From contig CAVRPP010000004.1 in the NCBI GenBank assembly GCA_963723165.1, positions 26,644-90,643 on the forward strand: a stretch of DNA of 64,000 nt, given 5' to 3'. Position numbers and translations under genes: made by a program. Of this stretch, positions 47,791-56,821 are shown in pieces (the first letter of the stretch is position 1; each line of letters starts with the position of its first letter). This DNA is from an uncultured Actinomycetota bacterium (lineage in GTDB: Bacteria > Actinomycetota > Acidimicrobiia > Spongiisociales > UBA4744). Below the pieces are notes generated by a model, which had not been told where the DNA came from, made no database searches, and saw nothing but the letters and a program-made list of their open reading frames with translations.

Positions 47791-48816
47791 TTAAATCACT
47801 TGCCAGTAATGGCGTTGCGCGGCGACAACAAAATCCAGGGCGCGCCACGAGCGCGAACCCGATACAGGTCGTTCCGCCTCATCCGGCACCGGGAGACCGG
47901 CAAATCCTTTCAAAGTGGCCGCCACGGACGCCTCGATGGCAGTCAGGTTGTATCCGCCCTCGAGAAAAATGATGGTTCTCCCGGCTTGAACCACACCGCG
48001 CAGGCGTGCGCCCATCGCCGCATAATCGCTTTCCAGCAAGTCGAGGCCTGCCAACGGATCGGCCTTGTGGGCGTCGAAGCCGGCACTGATCAGCAGCCAG
48101 TCGGGTTTGAACGCCGACAGAACCGGGAGGATCACTCTGTCAAAAGACTCCCGGTACACATCTCCGGCGGTACCGGTCGGCAGCGGGAAATTCAACGCCG
48201 TCCCGGAAGCCGGACCAAGGCCGACTTCGTCGACCCAACCCGACCCCGGGTACGCGGGAAACTCGTGCAGCGAGACGTAGAGGACATCCGGATCCATCAA
48301 GAACATCTCCTGCGTGCCGTTTCCGTGGTGAACATCCCAATCGACAATGGCCACCCGGTTCCCGAGTTTGGTGAGATAACGAGCCGCTATCGCAACGTTG
48401 TTGAAAACGCAGAACCCCATCGCCCGGTCTTCCAGTGCATGGTGCCCTGGCGGTCGAATCGGCAGGAAGGCGATTTCGGCGGCTCCTCCCAATAGGAGTT
48501 CCGCTGCACCCGGGCCGGCGCCCGCCGCCCGCAACGCGGCTTCCCAGGAGTTGACCCCGACCACGGTGTCCGGGTCGAGTTCGCCTCCGCCGGCGGCACA
48601 GAAGCGCTTGATCGACTCGACATATTCGGGTAGGTGCACGCCTGACAGCATTTCGGGTTCCGCAGGGGCAGGCGAGAACTCGATGATTTCCACCGGCGCC
48701 GCTCGAGCCCCGGCCCGGGCGGCAGTCAACCGGTCGGGGCGCTCCGGATGCCAGGCACCGGTCTGATGGGCGGCAAACGCCGGGTGGGCAGCCATCAATA
48801 CCTGCATGACACCCAT
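47791..48816 (-). CDS. histone deacetylase / acetoin utilisation (HDAC-class) deacetylase
   Basis: RPPGHHA, DWDVHHGNGTQ, and the EGGY motif near the C-terminus. Start is uncertain (48807, 48816 or 48834). Confidence 0.85.
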   Translation of the reverse strand: MGVMQVLMAAHPAFAAHQTGAWHPERPDRLTAARAGARAAPVEIIEFSPAPAEPEMLSGVHLPEYVESIKRFCAAGGGELDPDTVVGVNSWEAALRAAGAGPGAAELLLGGAAEIAFLPIRPPGHHALEDRAMGFCVFNNVAIAARYLTKLGNRVAIVDWDVHHGNGTQEMFLMDPDVLYVSLHEFPAYPGSGWVDEVGLGPASGTALNFPLPTGTAGDVYRESFDRVILPVLSAFKPDWLLISAGFDAHKADPLAGLDLLESDYAAMGARLRGVVQAGRTIIFLEGGYNLTAIEASVAATLKGFAGLPVPDEAERPVSGSRSWRALDFVVAAQRHYWQVI

Positions 48817-48932
48817 GCTGGCAGACGATGGCACACGGTGCGTGCCTGACCGGGGGGCGGGGTCCTCTGGACGCCCTACGATGGATGAGACATGGTGACT
48901 CTCTCGACCACGAAAACGATCTTGAATCCGAC

Positions 48933-49643
48933 ATGCGGGTGACGGGAGACTGGCCGGGTCGGGTTGTCCTCCGCCAGGGCTTTGCGAAGGCCGAAGCCCG
49001 TCCTTGGAATGCAGATATCCCCGATGCTGCTCTTCGCCTGGTCCGGGGAAGCGCCGAGTTTCTGGCCGCTTGCAGCAGCCGTCTGCTGGACCTCGGGGTT
49101 ACCGGCGTCGCCTCCCCTCCGCTTCCGGACGTGTCGGCCGGAATGTGGCTGACCGCCGGTTTCGAGCCTCACCTCACCCTGGATCTGTACTCCCGCGAGC
49201 TCGTCGGGCGTCAAACCGAACCGTCGCACAACGTGACAACCCGGGGCGCCGAAGCGTGGGAGACGATTGAGGAAATCGACCGGGCAGCGTTCTCCCCACT
49301 GTGGAGACTCGACACTCACGGCCTCCAGGAGGCGCTCGGGGCCACCCCCCACGCGGGGTTCCTCCTCATGCACGATGGAGACCGACTCGCCGGTTTTGCC
49401 ATAGTCGGCGCCGGTTCCATCGCCGGCTACCTTCAACGCGTTGCGGTGCATCCCGACTTTTCCGGACGGGGATTCGGTCGATCACTGGTACGGGCTGCCA
49501 ACCAATGGGCCAAGCGTCGCGGGGCGAGGTCGATGATGCTCAATACTCAACCCGACAATGAACCGGCCGCCCGCTTGTATGTCTCGGAGGGATTCGAGAA
49601 GATGCTCGACCAACTGACCGTTTACCGGGTCTTGCGCAGGTAA
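48933..49643 (+). CDS. GNAT-family N-acetyltransferase
   Basis: Acetyl-CoA motif LQRVAVHPDFSGRGFGRSLV and C-terminal ARLYVSEGF. Start is uncertain (48828, 48885 or 48933). Confidence 0.7.
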   Translation: MRVTGDWPGRVVLRQGFAKAEARPWNADIPDAALRLVRGSAEFLAACSSRLLDLGVTGVASPPLPDVSAGMWLTAGFEPHLTLDLYSRELVGRQTEPSHNVTTRGAEAWETIEEIDRAAFSPLWRLDTHGLQEALGATPHAGFLLMHDGDRLAGFAIVGAGSIAGYLQRVAVHPDFSGRGFGRSLVRAANQWAKRRGARSMMLNTQPDNEPAARLYVSEGFEKMLDQLTVYRVLRR

Positions 49644-49668
49644 CGTGGCGGCGGCGAAGGGAGTGAAC

Positions 49669-50496
49669 GTGATCCGAGTTGTGACCGATTCCTCATGCGA
49701 TTTGCCGCAGGAATTGGCGACATTGCACACGATCGAGATCGTTCCTCTGAGCATCAGATTCGGGGATCACGAGTTCGCCGACCGGACCGAACTCACGCAC
49801 ATCCAGTTCTGGGACAGATTGAAATCCTCGCCAGATCTTCCGGAAACTTCGGCTCCTAGTGCCGGGCGCTTCCGCGATGCCTATGCGAGCCTGGAGGCGT
49901 CGGGAGCCACCGGCATCGTTGCCGTTTGTCTGAGCTCTGAGCTCAGCGGGACGTATCAAGCGGCCGTCATAGCCGCCGAGCAGTCGCCCTCAATTCCGAT
50001 CAAGGTGGTGGATTCACGGAACGTCTCCATGGCTCTCGGGTTTCAAGTGCTCGAAGCAGCCCGGTCGGCAAGCCGGGGAGACAGCCTCGAAGAAGTGGCC
50101 GCGGCGACGGTAGCGGCCCGGGATCGGACCAACTTCATCGCAACGCTCGACACGCTCGATTACTTGCAGCGAGGAGGTCGAATCGGTACCGCACAGGCCT
50201 TCCTCGGTGGGTTACTCAACATCAAACCGTTGATCACCATGGACAACGGGGTCGTTGCTGCTTTGGGCCGCGTCCGGACCCGATCCCGGGCGATTGCCGA
50301 TCTCGTCCAGCGAGTCACAGCGCTGGGGCCGGGCATTCAGGAAATCGCCGTGTTGACCGGAGCTTCCGAGGATGTGGAGGAGTTCCGACAACACCTACCG
50401 GCTCTGGTTTCCACGCACCTCATCGCCGCCGTTGGTCCGGTGGTTGGCACCCACACCGGCCCCGGTGTACTCGGCTTCGCCTATCGCCTCGCCTGA
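49669..50496 (+). CDS. DegV-family fatty-acid-binding protein
   Basis: VIRVVTDSSCDLP N-terminus, TSAPS motif. GTG at 49669 follows GAAGGGAG. Confidence 0.85.
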   Translation: MIRVVTDSSCDLPQELATLHTIEIVPLSIRFGDHEFADRTELTHIQFWDRLKSSPDLPETSAPSAGRFRDAYASLEASGATGIVAVCLSSELSGTYQAAVIAAEQSPSIPIKVVDSRNVSMALGFQVLEAARSASRGDSLEEVAAATVAARDRTNFIATLDTLDYLQRGGRIGTAQAFLGGLLNIKPLITMDNGVVAALGRVRTRSRAIADLVQRVTALGPGIQEIAVLTGASEDVEEFRQHLPALVSTHLIAAVGPVVGTHTGPGVLGFAYRLA

Positions 50497-50539
50497 GTGC
50501 ACCGTATTGTTATGAAGACGCCGCCGCCCGGGAGACCAC

Positions 50540-51841
50540 GTGCCGCCACCGCTTCCTGATCGCTTCAGCCTCGAAGTCCGGCTGGGTCGCGATCATGACG
50601 TCGAAGAGTGGCTTGCCACCGATACTGCACTCGATCGACCGGTTCTCATTCGCATTCTCGGCCCAGAAACTTCGAGTCGGCGGCGCCAGGGATTCGTCGA
50701 TGACACGCGGGCGGGGGCGGCCGCTACCCATGTCCACCTCATCTCGGTATACGCAGCCGGTCTGATCGAGGAAGGTGCGTATTCCGTTACTGAGTGGGCC
50801 GGCGGCGTCTCGATGGCCGACCGCCTGGGAGCCGGAGAGACGATTCCCGTGGATGAGTTCTTACCCAACGCCGCCGGACTCGCGGAGGGACTTGCCGCCT
50901 TCCACAGGGCAGGAGGCATTCACGGGGCCATCGATTCCGGAGCGATCTACTACTCCGGGTCCCATCCGGCCAAGCTTGGTTCGTTCGGACGCCCCCACTC
51001 CGGCGCATCCGTCGCTGAGGACACCCGGGCGCTGGCGGAAACGCTGGAGATCTGCATCACCGGGAGGCCGGCCGGAACCGCTTCCCCATCGCAGGTGGTC
51101 GACGGTATTCGGCCCGCAGTCGATGAAGCACTGGAGTCGGCCCGCCGCGGGGTCCTCGATGCCGGCGGGCTCGCCCGGGCGCTCCACACTACGACGCAGA
51201 CGGCCACCATCCCCCGCCGCGAGCCAAACTGGTCCTGGCGCTGGCTCGCCCCGGCCGCTCTGCTGTCGATCCTGGCAGTAGGGATCGTGGCCATCGGGCT
51301 GGTTCTTCCCTCCGGCCCTGGATCTCCCGTTCTCTTCCCGGCGACGCCGGACGAAACAAGCACGTCGCTGCCTGCGTCGACTACCTCAGAGGTGGTCACC
51401 ACGATTGAAGGCGATCCGCCTCTGGTGGTGAGGGCGTTCGCCTATGACCCGGAAGGAGACGGGAGCGAACACGATGAGAACGTTTCCAAAACCCTCGACG
51501 GAGATCCCGCCACCAGCTGGCGTACCGAGCGCTACTTCGACCCGCTACCGCAGCTCAAGAGAGGCGTCGGGATCGCCTTCGAACTCAACGGGGAACCCGG
51601 CCGGTTCGTAGCGACCGGCCTCAGTGATGCAAGTGCCTATTCGTTGATGTGGACAAGCAGCCTCCCCGCCAACGGCATCGACGGGTGGGAACGGTTGGCC
51701 AGTGGAACAGTGTCGGGAGAGCGAATCGATGCGCAAACCCCTGAACGCGACAATGGCTTCTGGCTGCTCTGGTTCACCGATCTCCCCACGCAGGAAGATG
51801 GCTTCTACGCATCAGTGGCAGAAGTACGCTTTCTTCCATGA
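50540..51841 (+). CDS. MviN-type pseudokinase domain + single TM + extracellular beta-sandwich domain (no MurJ flippase domain)
   Basis: Kinase-like fold with degenerate catalytic motifs: VLIRIL instead of VAIK, HRAGGIHGAI instead of HRDxKxxN, SFG instead of DFG. TM WLAPAALLSILAVGIVAIGLVL. C-terminal ...LDGDPATSWRTERY...VAEVRF. Confidence 0.8.
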   Translation: MPPPLPDRFSLEVRLGRDHDVEEWLATDTALDRPVLIRILGPETSSRRRQGFVDDTRAGAAATHVHLISVYAAGLIEEGAYSVTEWAGGVSMADRLGAGETIPVDEFLPNAAGLAEGLAAFHRAGGIHGAIDSGAIYYSGSHPAKLGSFGRPHSGASVAEDTRALAETLEICITGRPAGTASPSQVVDGIRPAVDEALESARRGVLDAGGLARALHTTTQTATIPRREPNWSWRWLAPAALLSILAVGIVAIGLVLPSGPGSPVLFPATPDETSTSLPASTTSEVVTTIEGDPPLVVRAFAYDPEGDGSEHDENVSKTLDGDPATSWRTERYFDPLPQLKRGVGIAFELNGEPGRFVATGLSDASAYSLMWTSSLPANGIDGWERLASGTVSGERIDAQTPERDNGFWLLWFTDLPTQEDGFYASVAEVRFLP

Positions 51842-52419
51842 GTTTCCGGGCCGTCGAAGACTCCGCATTGGTCTCGTCGTTCCTCGACGGTGATCGCCGG
51901 GCGTTCGATGAACTGATGCGGGCTCACGAAGATCGAGTGTTTGCCGTCTGTCTCCGAATCCTGGCTGATCGTGAAGCAGCCCTCGACGCGGTTCAGGAGA
52001 CCTTCATCACGGTGTATCGCAAAGCTCGCCAATTCTCAGGGGCTTCCGCCTTCAGCACCTGGCTGTACCGGATTGCCGTCAACACTTGTTACGACCAGAT
52101 TCGGCGGACCAGGCGGCACCAGGCCCAACCTTTGTCGGAAACGAGCGATCCGGCCGACACACGCAGCGCTGATCTCATCGGGTCAATCGAATTGCGTCCT
52201 GATCTCGAGCAAGCCCTTGCCCATCTGGCCCCCGAGTTCCGCGTGGCCGTAGTGCTGGCGGATCTCGAAGGGCTCCCTTTGCAGGCAGTTGCAGATGCGC
52301 TCGAGGTCCCTCTTGGGACCGTCAAGTCAAGGGTCTTTCGAGGGAGACGACTACTGGCCGAACATCTCAGGAACCTTTCAGGGTCGTCTGCCCATCAAAG
52401 AGGTGAGCATGATGCATGA
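51838..52419 (+). CDS. sigM: ECF sigma factor, SigM-like by synteny
   Basis: ATGA overlap with the pseudokinase gene. Regions 2 and 4 are present (ALDAVQETFITVYRK, FSTWLYRIAVNTCYDQIRR, LPLQAVADALEVPLGTVKSRVFRGR). Same position as Rv3911. Confidence 0.85.
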   Translation: MSFRAVEDSALVSSFLDGDRRAFDELMRAHEDRVFAVCLRILADREAALDAVQETFITVYRKARQFSGASAFSTWLYRIAVNTCYDQIRRTRRHQAQPLSETSDPADTRSADLIGSIELRPDLEQALAHLAPEFRVAVVLADLEGLPLQAVADALEVPLGTVKSRVFRGRRLLAEHLRNLSGSSAHQRGEHDA

Positions 52420-53212
52420 ACACGACTTCGAACTGATCGCTGCCATAGCCGAGGGCGAGATGGCAGCAGGTGACCTCTCCGCCGCTGAGGCCGTCGTTGC
52501 TTCCTGCGAAGACTGCACCACAGACCTGCAGCTGCAACGAGAAGCCCTGCAGGCCCTGCAAACCGCTGCCCCCGTCGTGATGAGTGACCTGGAGCGAGCC
52601 ACACTTCACAGAAACGTCGCCCAAAACCTGGGCCCTGCCGAACTCCGGGCAGACAAACTGCGACCGGTTCCCTGGTTCCAGAGACTGATGCCGGCCATGG
52701 CTGCCGCCGCAGCCCTGCTGATCGTCGTTGGGGTGGGATCGATCCTGGTCGACGGCCCGGGCGCCGACCTTGCGGCCGACCCGACGTCCGCCGCAACGAG
52801 CGACGGACAACCAGTCCCGGCCGGAGAGGAACTGGCGGAGGACTCGGGCGGAGTGGAATTGATGGATGAGGCTGAAGCTGCCACTACGACCGTTGCCGCC
52901 GCTGGCGAGGCCACTGCTTCTCCGGGCATTCAAGATTTCGGGCCCATCTCGGCCACCGACCTGGAAGAAGTCGCAACGCAGTTGAAGAGCTCGGGGCCGG
53001 CCGACGATGCAAACACCTATACCGTCGATTCCCTGCGATCCCTGTCGATCGACCCGGCGCTCATTTGTGCAGAAGCAGCCTTCGATGACGGCACCATCGA
53101 TGCTATTGGCCGCGCCTCGATCGACGGTTCCCCGGTCGAGATCTACCGCATCGGCGAGGTAATCACCGTATACACAACGCCCGATTGCCTTGTGACTGCT
53201 GTTTTTGACTGA
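52409..53212 (+). CDS. membrane-spanning anti-sigma factor (anti-SigM-like by position)
   Basis: ATGATG at 52409 overlaps the sigma 3' end by 11 nt. N-terminal helical domain with CEDC, one TM (AMAAAAALLIVVGVGSILV), and an acidic extracytoplasmic tail. Confidence 0.7.
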   Translation: MMHEHDFELIAAIAEGEMAAGDLSAAEAVVASCEDCTTDLQLQREALQALQTAAPVVMSDLERATLHRNVAQNLGPAELRADKLRPVPWFQRLMPAMAAAAALLIVVGVGSILVDGPGADLAADPTSAATSDGQPVPAGEELAEDSGGVELMDEAEAATTTVAAAGEATASPGIQDFGPISATDLEEVATQLKSSGPADDANTYTVDSLRSLSIDPALICAEAAFDDGTIDAIGRASIDGSPVEIYRIGEVITVYTTPDCLVTAVFD

Positions 53213-53254
53213 TCAGCGGACTATCCGCCGGGATATCGGGCTAACCTGCAAACC

Positions 53255-53545
53255 ATGAACGAATTCGCCACGCGCTTCGCCGACTTACTCGAAAACACAG
53301 GGCTCAAGGTCCGTTCACTGACCATCGATCGTCTCGATCGGGCGATCAAGATCACCGCCCTCGGGATCATCGCCGTGACCCTGGGCGCCATCGCCGTCGT
53401 TTATCTGATCCGCTCGATTTTCCAGGCCGTGGCCGTTCCTCTCGGGGTCCTCGGGGCCTACACCCTTTTCGGGGGACTATTTGTGGTCGGCGGTGCGTTT
53501 GTGTGGGCGATACGCAAACGAGACGCCAAGGAAGACAATGACTGA
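53255..53545 (+). CDS. small 2-TM membrane protein
   Basis: 96-aa ORF with two hydrophobic helices. Its stop overlaps the trxB start by 8 nt. Confidence 0.6.
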   Translation: MNEFATRFADLLENTGLKVRSLTIDRLDRAIKITALGIIAVTLGAIAVVYLIRSIFQAVAVPLGVLGAYTLFGGLFVVGGAFVWAIRKRDAKEDND

Positions 53546-54458
53546 AAAAGTGATCATCGTCGGCTCCGGGCCGGCAGGCTTGACTGCCGCCGTCTATGCC
53601 GCCCGGGCCGATCTCAACCCGCTCCTCATTGAAGGAAGCCAGGCAGGCGGACAGCTGATGCTGACCACCGACGTCGAGAACTATCCGGGGTTCCCAGATG
53701 GAATCCTCGGGCCCGATCTGATGGACCAGATGCGCAAACAAGCGGCCCGGTTCGACACCCGCATCGAAACCGCCGACGTCACCCGGGTCGACTTCAGTTC
53801 GCGCCCTTTCAAAGTATGGGTGGGAGCCGACGAACACCTGGCCGAGTCGGTAATCATCTCCACAGGTGCGTCGGCCCGCTGGCTGGACGTTCCCGGAGAG
53901 GAACGACTCCGGGGTCGGGGTGTCTCGGCGTGTGCCACCTGCGATGGGTTCTTCTTCCGCGATCAGGAAATCGTCGTAGTTGGTGGAGGGGACACGGCCA
54001 TGGAAGAGGCCATGTTCCTTACCAAGTTCGCCACCAAAGTGACCATCATCCACCGCCGTGACGAATTTCGGGCCTCGGCCATCATGGCCGCGCGGGCCCT
54101 GGACCACCCGAAGGTGGAGGTCATCTGGGACTCGGTTGTTGAGGAAATGCTCGGAGAGGACGAAGTCACCGGCGTGAAGGTCCGCAACGTCAAGACCGAC
54201 GAGGTTTCGCTACTCGAGACGAGTGGTGTCTTCGTCGCTATTGGCCACACACCGAACACTTCCCTTTTCGCGGGTCAACTCGATATGGACGAGGTGGGGT
54301 ATATCAACTTGCGGGGCGACGGCTCCACCGCAACCTCCATCGACGGGGTTTTTGCAGCCGGCGACGTGGCCGACTCCACGTACAGGCAAGCCGTGACCGC
54401 CGCCGGGACCGGATGCCAGGCGGCCATCGACGCTGAGCGCTGGCTCGACGAGGAATGA
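53538..54458 (+). CDS. trxB: thioredoxin-disulfide reductase
   Basis: VIIVGSGPAGLTAA, redox centre CATCDG, GGGDTAMEEA. Confidence 0.95.
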   Translation: MTEKVIIVGSGPAGLTAAVYAARADLNPLLIEGSQAGGQLMLTTDVENYPGFPDGILGPDLMDQMRKQAARFDTRIETADVTRVDFSSRPFKVWVGADEHLAESVIISTGASARWLDVPGEERLRGRGVSACATCDGFFFRDQEIVVVGGGDTAMEEAMFLTKFATKVTIIHRRDEFRASAIMAARALDHPKVEVIWDSVVEEMLGEDEVTGVKVRNVKTDEVSLLETSGVFVAIGHTPNTSLFAGQLDMDEVGYINLRGDGSTATSIDGVFAAGDVADSTYRQAVTAAGTGCQAAIDAERWLDEE

Positions 54459-54509
54459 ACGCCGGTCGTCCTCTGTTGCCTGGTACTGATACATAAAGGG
54501 AGAACAACG

Positions 54510-54836
54510 ATGGGTGAGAATGCAGTGACGGTCACGGACGCCAACTTCGAGGAGTCCGTCGCCGGTGACAAGGCCGTCCTGGTTGATTTTTGGGCCGAAT
54601 GGTGCGGGCCGTGCCGGATGGTTGCTCCGGTCCTGGAAGAAATCGCCAAGGAGTATCCGGATCAGATCACGATTGCCAAACTAAACGTAGACGAGAATCC
54701 TGCCGTCGCCGCCAACTACGACGTCATGAGCATTCCGACCATGATCGTTTTCCAACAGGGTGTCGAGAAAAAGCGGATCGTTGGGGCCCGCCCCAAGCAC
54801 ATGATGGTGTCCGAACTCGCCCAATTTCTCAACTGA
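54510..54836 (+). CDS. trxA: thioredoxin
   Basis: FWAEWCGPCR active site; 108 aa. Confidence 0.95.
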   Translation: MGENAVTVTDANFEESVAGDKAVLVDFWAEWCGPCRMVAPVLEEIAKEYPDQITIAKLNVDENPAVAANYDVMSIPTMIVFQQGVEKKRIVGARPKHMMVSELAQFLN

Positions 54837-54897
54837 TCACCCGGAGTTTCTGCCGTTCGCATGAGACTCCAGTTCCTAAACCTGCGACCATAGGGCC

Positions 54898-55917
54898 ATG
54901 AGGCTCTTTCGGCTGGGCGATTCGGGGACGGCGGTCCGGGATATCCAGGATCGCCTCAACGCTCTCGGTTATGCCTGCAGAGCAGATCCGCGCAGCGAAT
55001 TCGGCGAAACGACCCTGGTCGCAGTGGAATCGTTCCAGCGCCGCCGGGGATTGCCCGCCGATGGAATAGTTGGGCCGGAGACCTGGAGGGCACTCTACGA
55101 GGCGGGGTACCGCCTGGGCGACCGCTTGCTGTACCTCCGGCGTCCGATGTTACGCGGAGACGATGTAGCGGAACTCCAGAGAAGGCTCAATTCGCTCGGC
55201 TTCGATGCAGGCAAGGTCGACGGAATCCTCGGACCAAACACCCTGCGCGCCCTGGTCGACTTTCAGCAGAACCGGTACATGGCCGAAGATGGCATCGCCG
55301 GCCCCCGTACGCTGACGGAGCTGCACCTGGTTGCCCGGGCAACACAGAAGACGGGTCGAGAGGCGATCCGCGAGCGGGAATGGCTGCGCGAATTACCCCG
55401 TTCTGTGGTCGGAGCCAGGGTCTTCCTGGATCCGGCCTGTCGGGACTCCGAGGAGGCAGACAAGACCTGGCTGGCGGCCGGAGAGACGGCCCTGCGGCTG
55501 CAAGCAGAGGGGGCCATTCCCCTCCTGTCGCGAAGCAGCGACACGTCCCTTCCCGAGCGAATTCGGGCCCGCCGGGCGAACCGTGTCGGTGCCTCGCTGA
55601 TTGTCTCGTTTCAGTTCCCGTATGCCGAGCCCGCCTCGGTGTTCTTCTTCGCCTCGTCGATGAGCCGCAGCGAAGCCGGGGCGCTGCTGGCCGCCACGAT
55701 TGGCGATCGCCTGGGTCTGCCATTCGAAGGTCGAGCCCATCCCATGCTCAAGGAGACCCGTGCCCCCGCCGCCGTCGTCGCAACTCCCGACATGAACGAG
55801 GCGACCGGACGGGCGGTGGCCGAGGCTATCGGCGCATTCTTCGCCTCCGCCCGGACTGATATTGATGAAGCCCCGCCGCGGGCCTCTTCCGGGGACGAGG
55901 TCCAGCGACCTGCATAA
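54898..55917 (+). CDS. cwlM: CwlM-like protein: two PG_binding_1 repeats plus a degenerate Amidase_3 domain
   Basis: GDSGTAVRDIQDRLNALGY and GDDVAELQRRLNSLGF repeats. The amidase-like C-terminus has DPACRD where DPGHGG is expected and SFQF where S(I/L)H.N is expected. Same position as Rv3915. Confidence 0.85.
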   Translation: MRLFRLGDSGTAVRDIQDRLNALGYACRADPRSEFGETTLVAVESFQRRRGLPADGIVGPETWRALYEAGYRLGDRLLYLRRPMLRGDDVAELQRRLNSLGFDAGKVDGILGPNTLRALVDFQQNRYMAEDGIAGPRTLTELHLVARATQKTGREAIREREWLRELPRSVVGARVFLDPACRDSEEADKTWLAAGETALRLQAEGAIPLLSRSSDTSLPERIRARRANRVGASLIVSFQFPYAEPASVFFFASSMSRSEAGALLAATIGDRLGLPFEGRAHPMLKETRAPAAVVATPDMNEATGRAVAEAIGAFFASARTDIDEAPPRASSGDEVQRPA

Positions 55918-55936
55918 CATCACGTGACGTTATGCA
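55911..55936. promoter_or_regulatory. 26-bp near-perfect palindrome with a parS-like TCACGTGA core (between convergent cwlM and parB)
   Basis: TGCATAACATCACGTGACGTTATGCA; 24 of 26 positions are self-complementary. Could be a degenerate parS, another operator, or a bidirectional terminator stem. Confidence 0.4.
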
Positions 55937-55946
55937 GTGCGAACCC

Positions 55947-56807
55947 TCAGGCCGAGAAAAACTGACGGTAGATGCGTTCGAGGTCGTCGAGCGAGCTGAA
56001 ATCGATCACAAGCTTTCCACGATCCTTCGCGTACTTGATCTTCACCTTGGTCGAGAGGTGGTCACGGAGCCGCTGCTCGAGCTCGACGATTGCAGCCGGG
56101 CGAGCCGCGGGCGGACGCCGTTCGCCGTGGTCATCTGAGACTGCCTGGTTCCGGGCGCGGACCGCATCCTCTACTTGACGTACAGACCAACCCTCCGATG
56201 CGGCTCTCTCGGCTATGTGTTCTGCAAATTTACGATCCTCGAGTCCCAGGAGGGCCCGGGCATGACCGGCCGAGAGTTCGCCGCGTTCGAGTCTTCCCTG
56301 GATGGCTGCCGGCAGCTGGAGCAGACGAAGGGAGTTGGTGATGGCAGATCTGCTCTTGCCCACTCGGTTACCAACATCTTCGTGCGTGAGCCCGAAATCC
56401 TCGAGCAGTTCCTGATATGCCGTAGCTTCTTCGAGCGGGCTCAGATCTTCGCGTTGCAGGTTCTCGACCAGCGCCTCCGTGAGCAGCGAACGGTCGTCGC
56501 TCTCCCTGATAATGGAAGGGATTTCGGTCAATCCGACCTTCTTTGCCGCCCTCCACCGCCGTTCGCCCGCCACCAGGGTGTAAAAACCCTCTTCGGCTTC
56601 GCGAACGATGATCGGTTGCAGCACTCCGACCTCGACGATCGAGGCGGCCAGCGAGGCGAGCGCCTCCTCATCAAACACTGAGCGCGGCTGGTGCGGATTG
56701 GCGGAAACCCGGTCGATGGGGATAATGGCAAACCCAGTATGGTCATCTTCGCCCTTCGGAATGAGGGCTTCGAGTCCCCGTCCCAGTCCGCTTCTTCGGG
56801 TTGCCAT
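55947..56807 (-). CDS. parB: chromosome partitioning protein ParB
   Basis: GLGRGLEALIP N-terminus, ParB box PIIVRE..., HTH LTHEDVGNRVGKSRSAITNSLRLL. Confidence 0.95.
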   Translation of the reverse strand: MATRRSGLGRGLEALIPKGEDDHTGFAIIPIDRVSANPHQPRSVFDEEALASLAASIVEVGVLQPIIVREAEEGFYTLVAGERRWRAAKKVGLTEIPSIIRESDDRSLLTEALVENLQREDLSPLEEATAYQELLEDFGLTHEDVGNRVGKSRSAITNSLRLLQLPAAIQGRLERGELSAGHARALLGLEDRKFAEHIAERAASEGWSVRQVEDAVRARNQAVSDDHGERRPPAARPAAIVELEQRLRDHLSTKVKIKYAKDRGKLVIDFSSLDDLERIYRQFFSA

Positions 56808-56821
56808 GTGTCGTATTCCTC

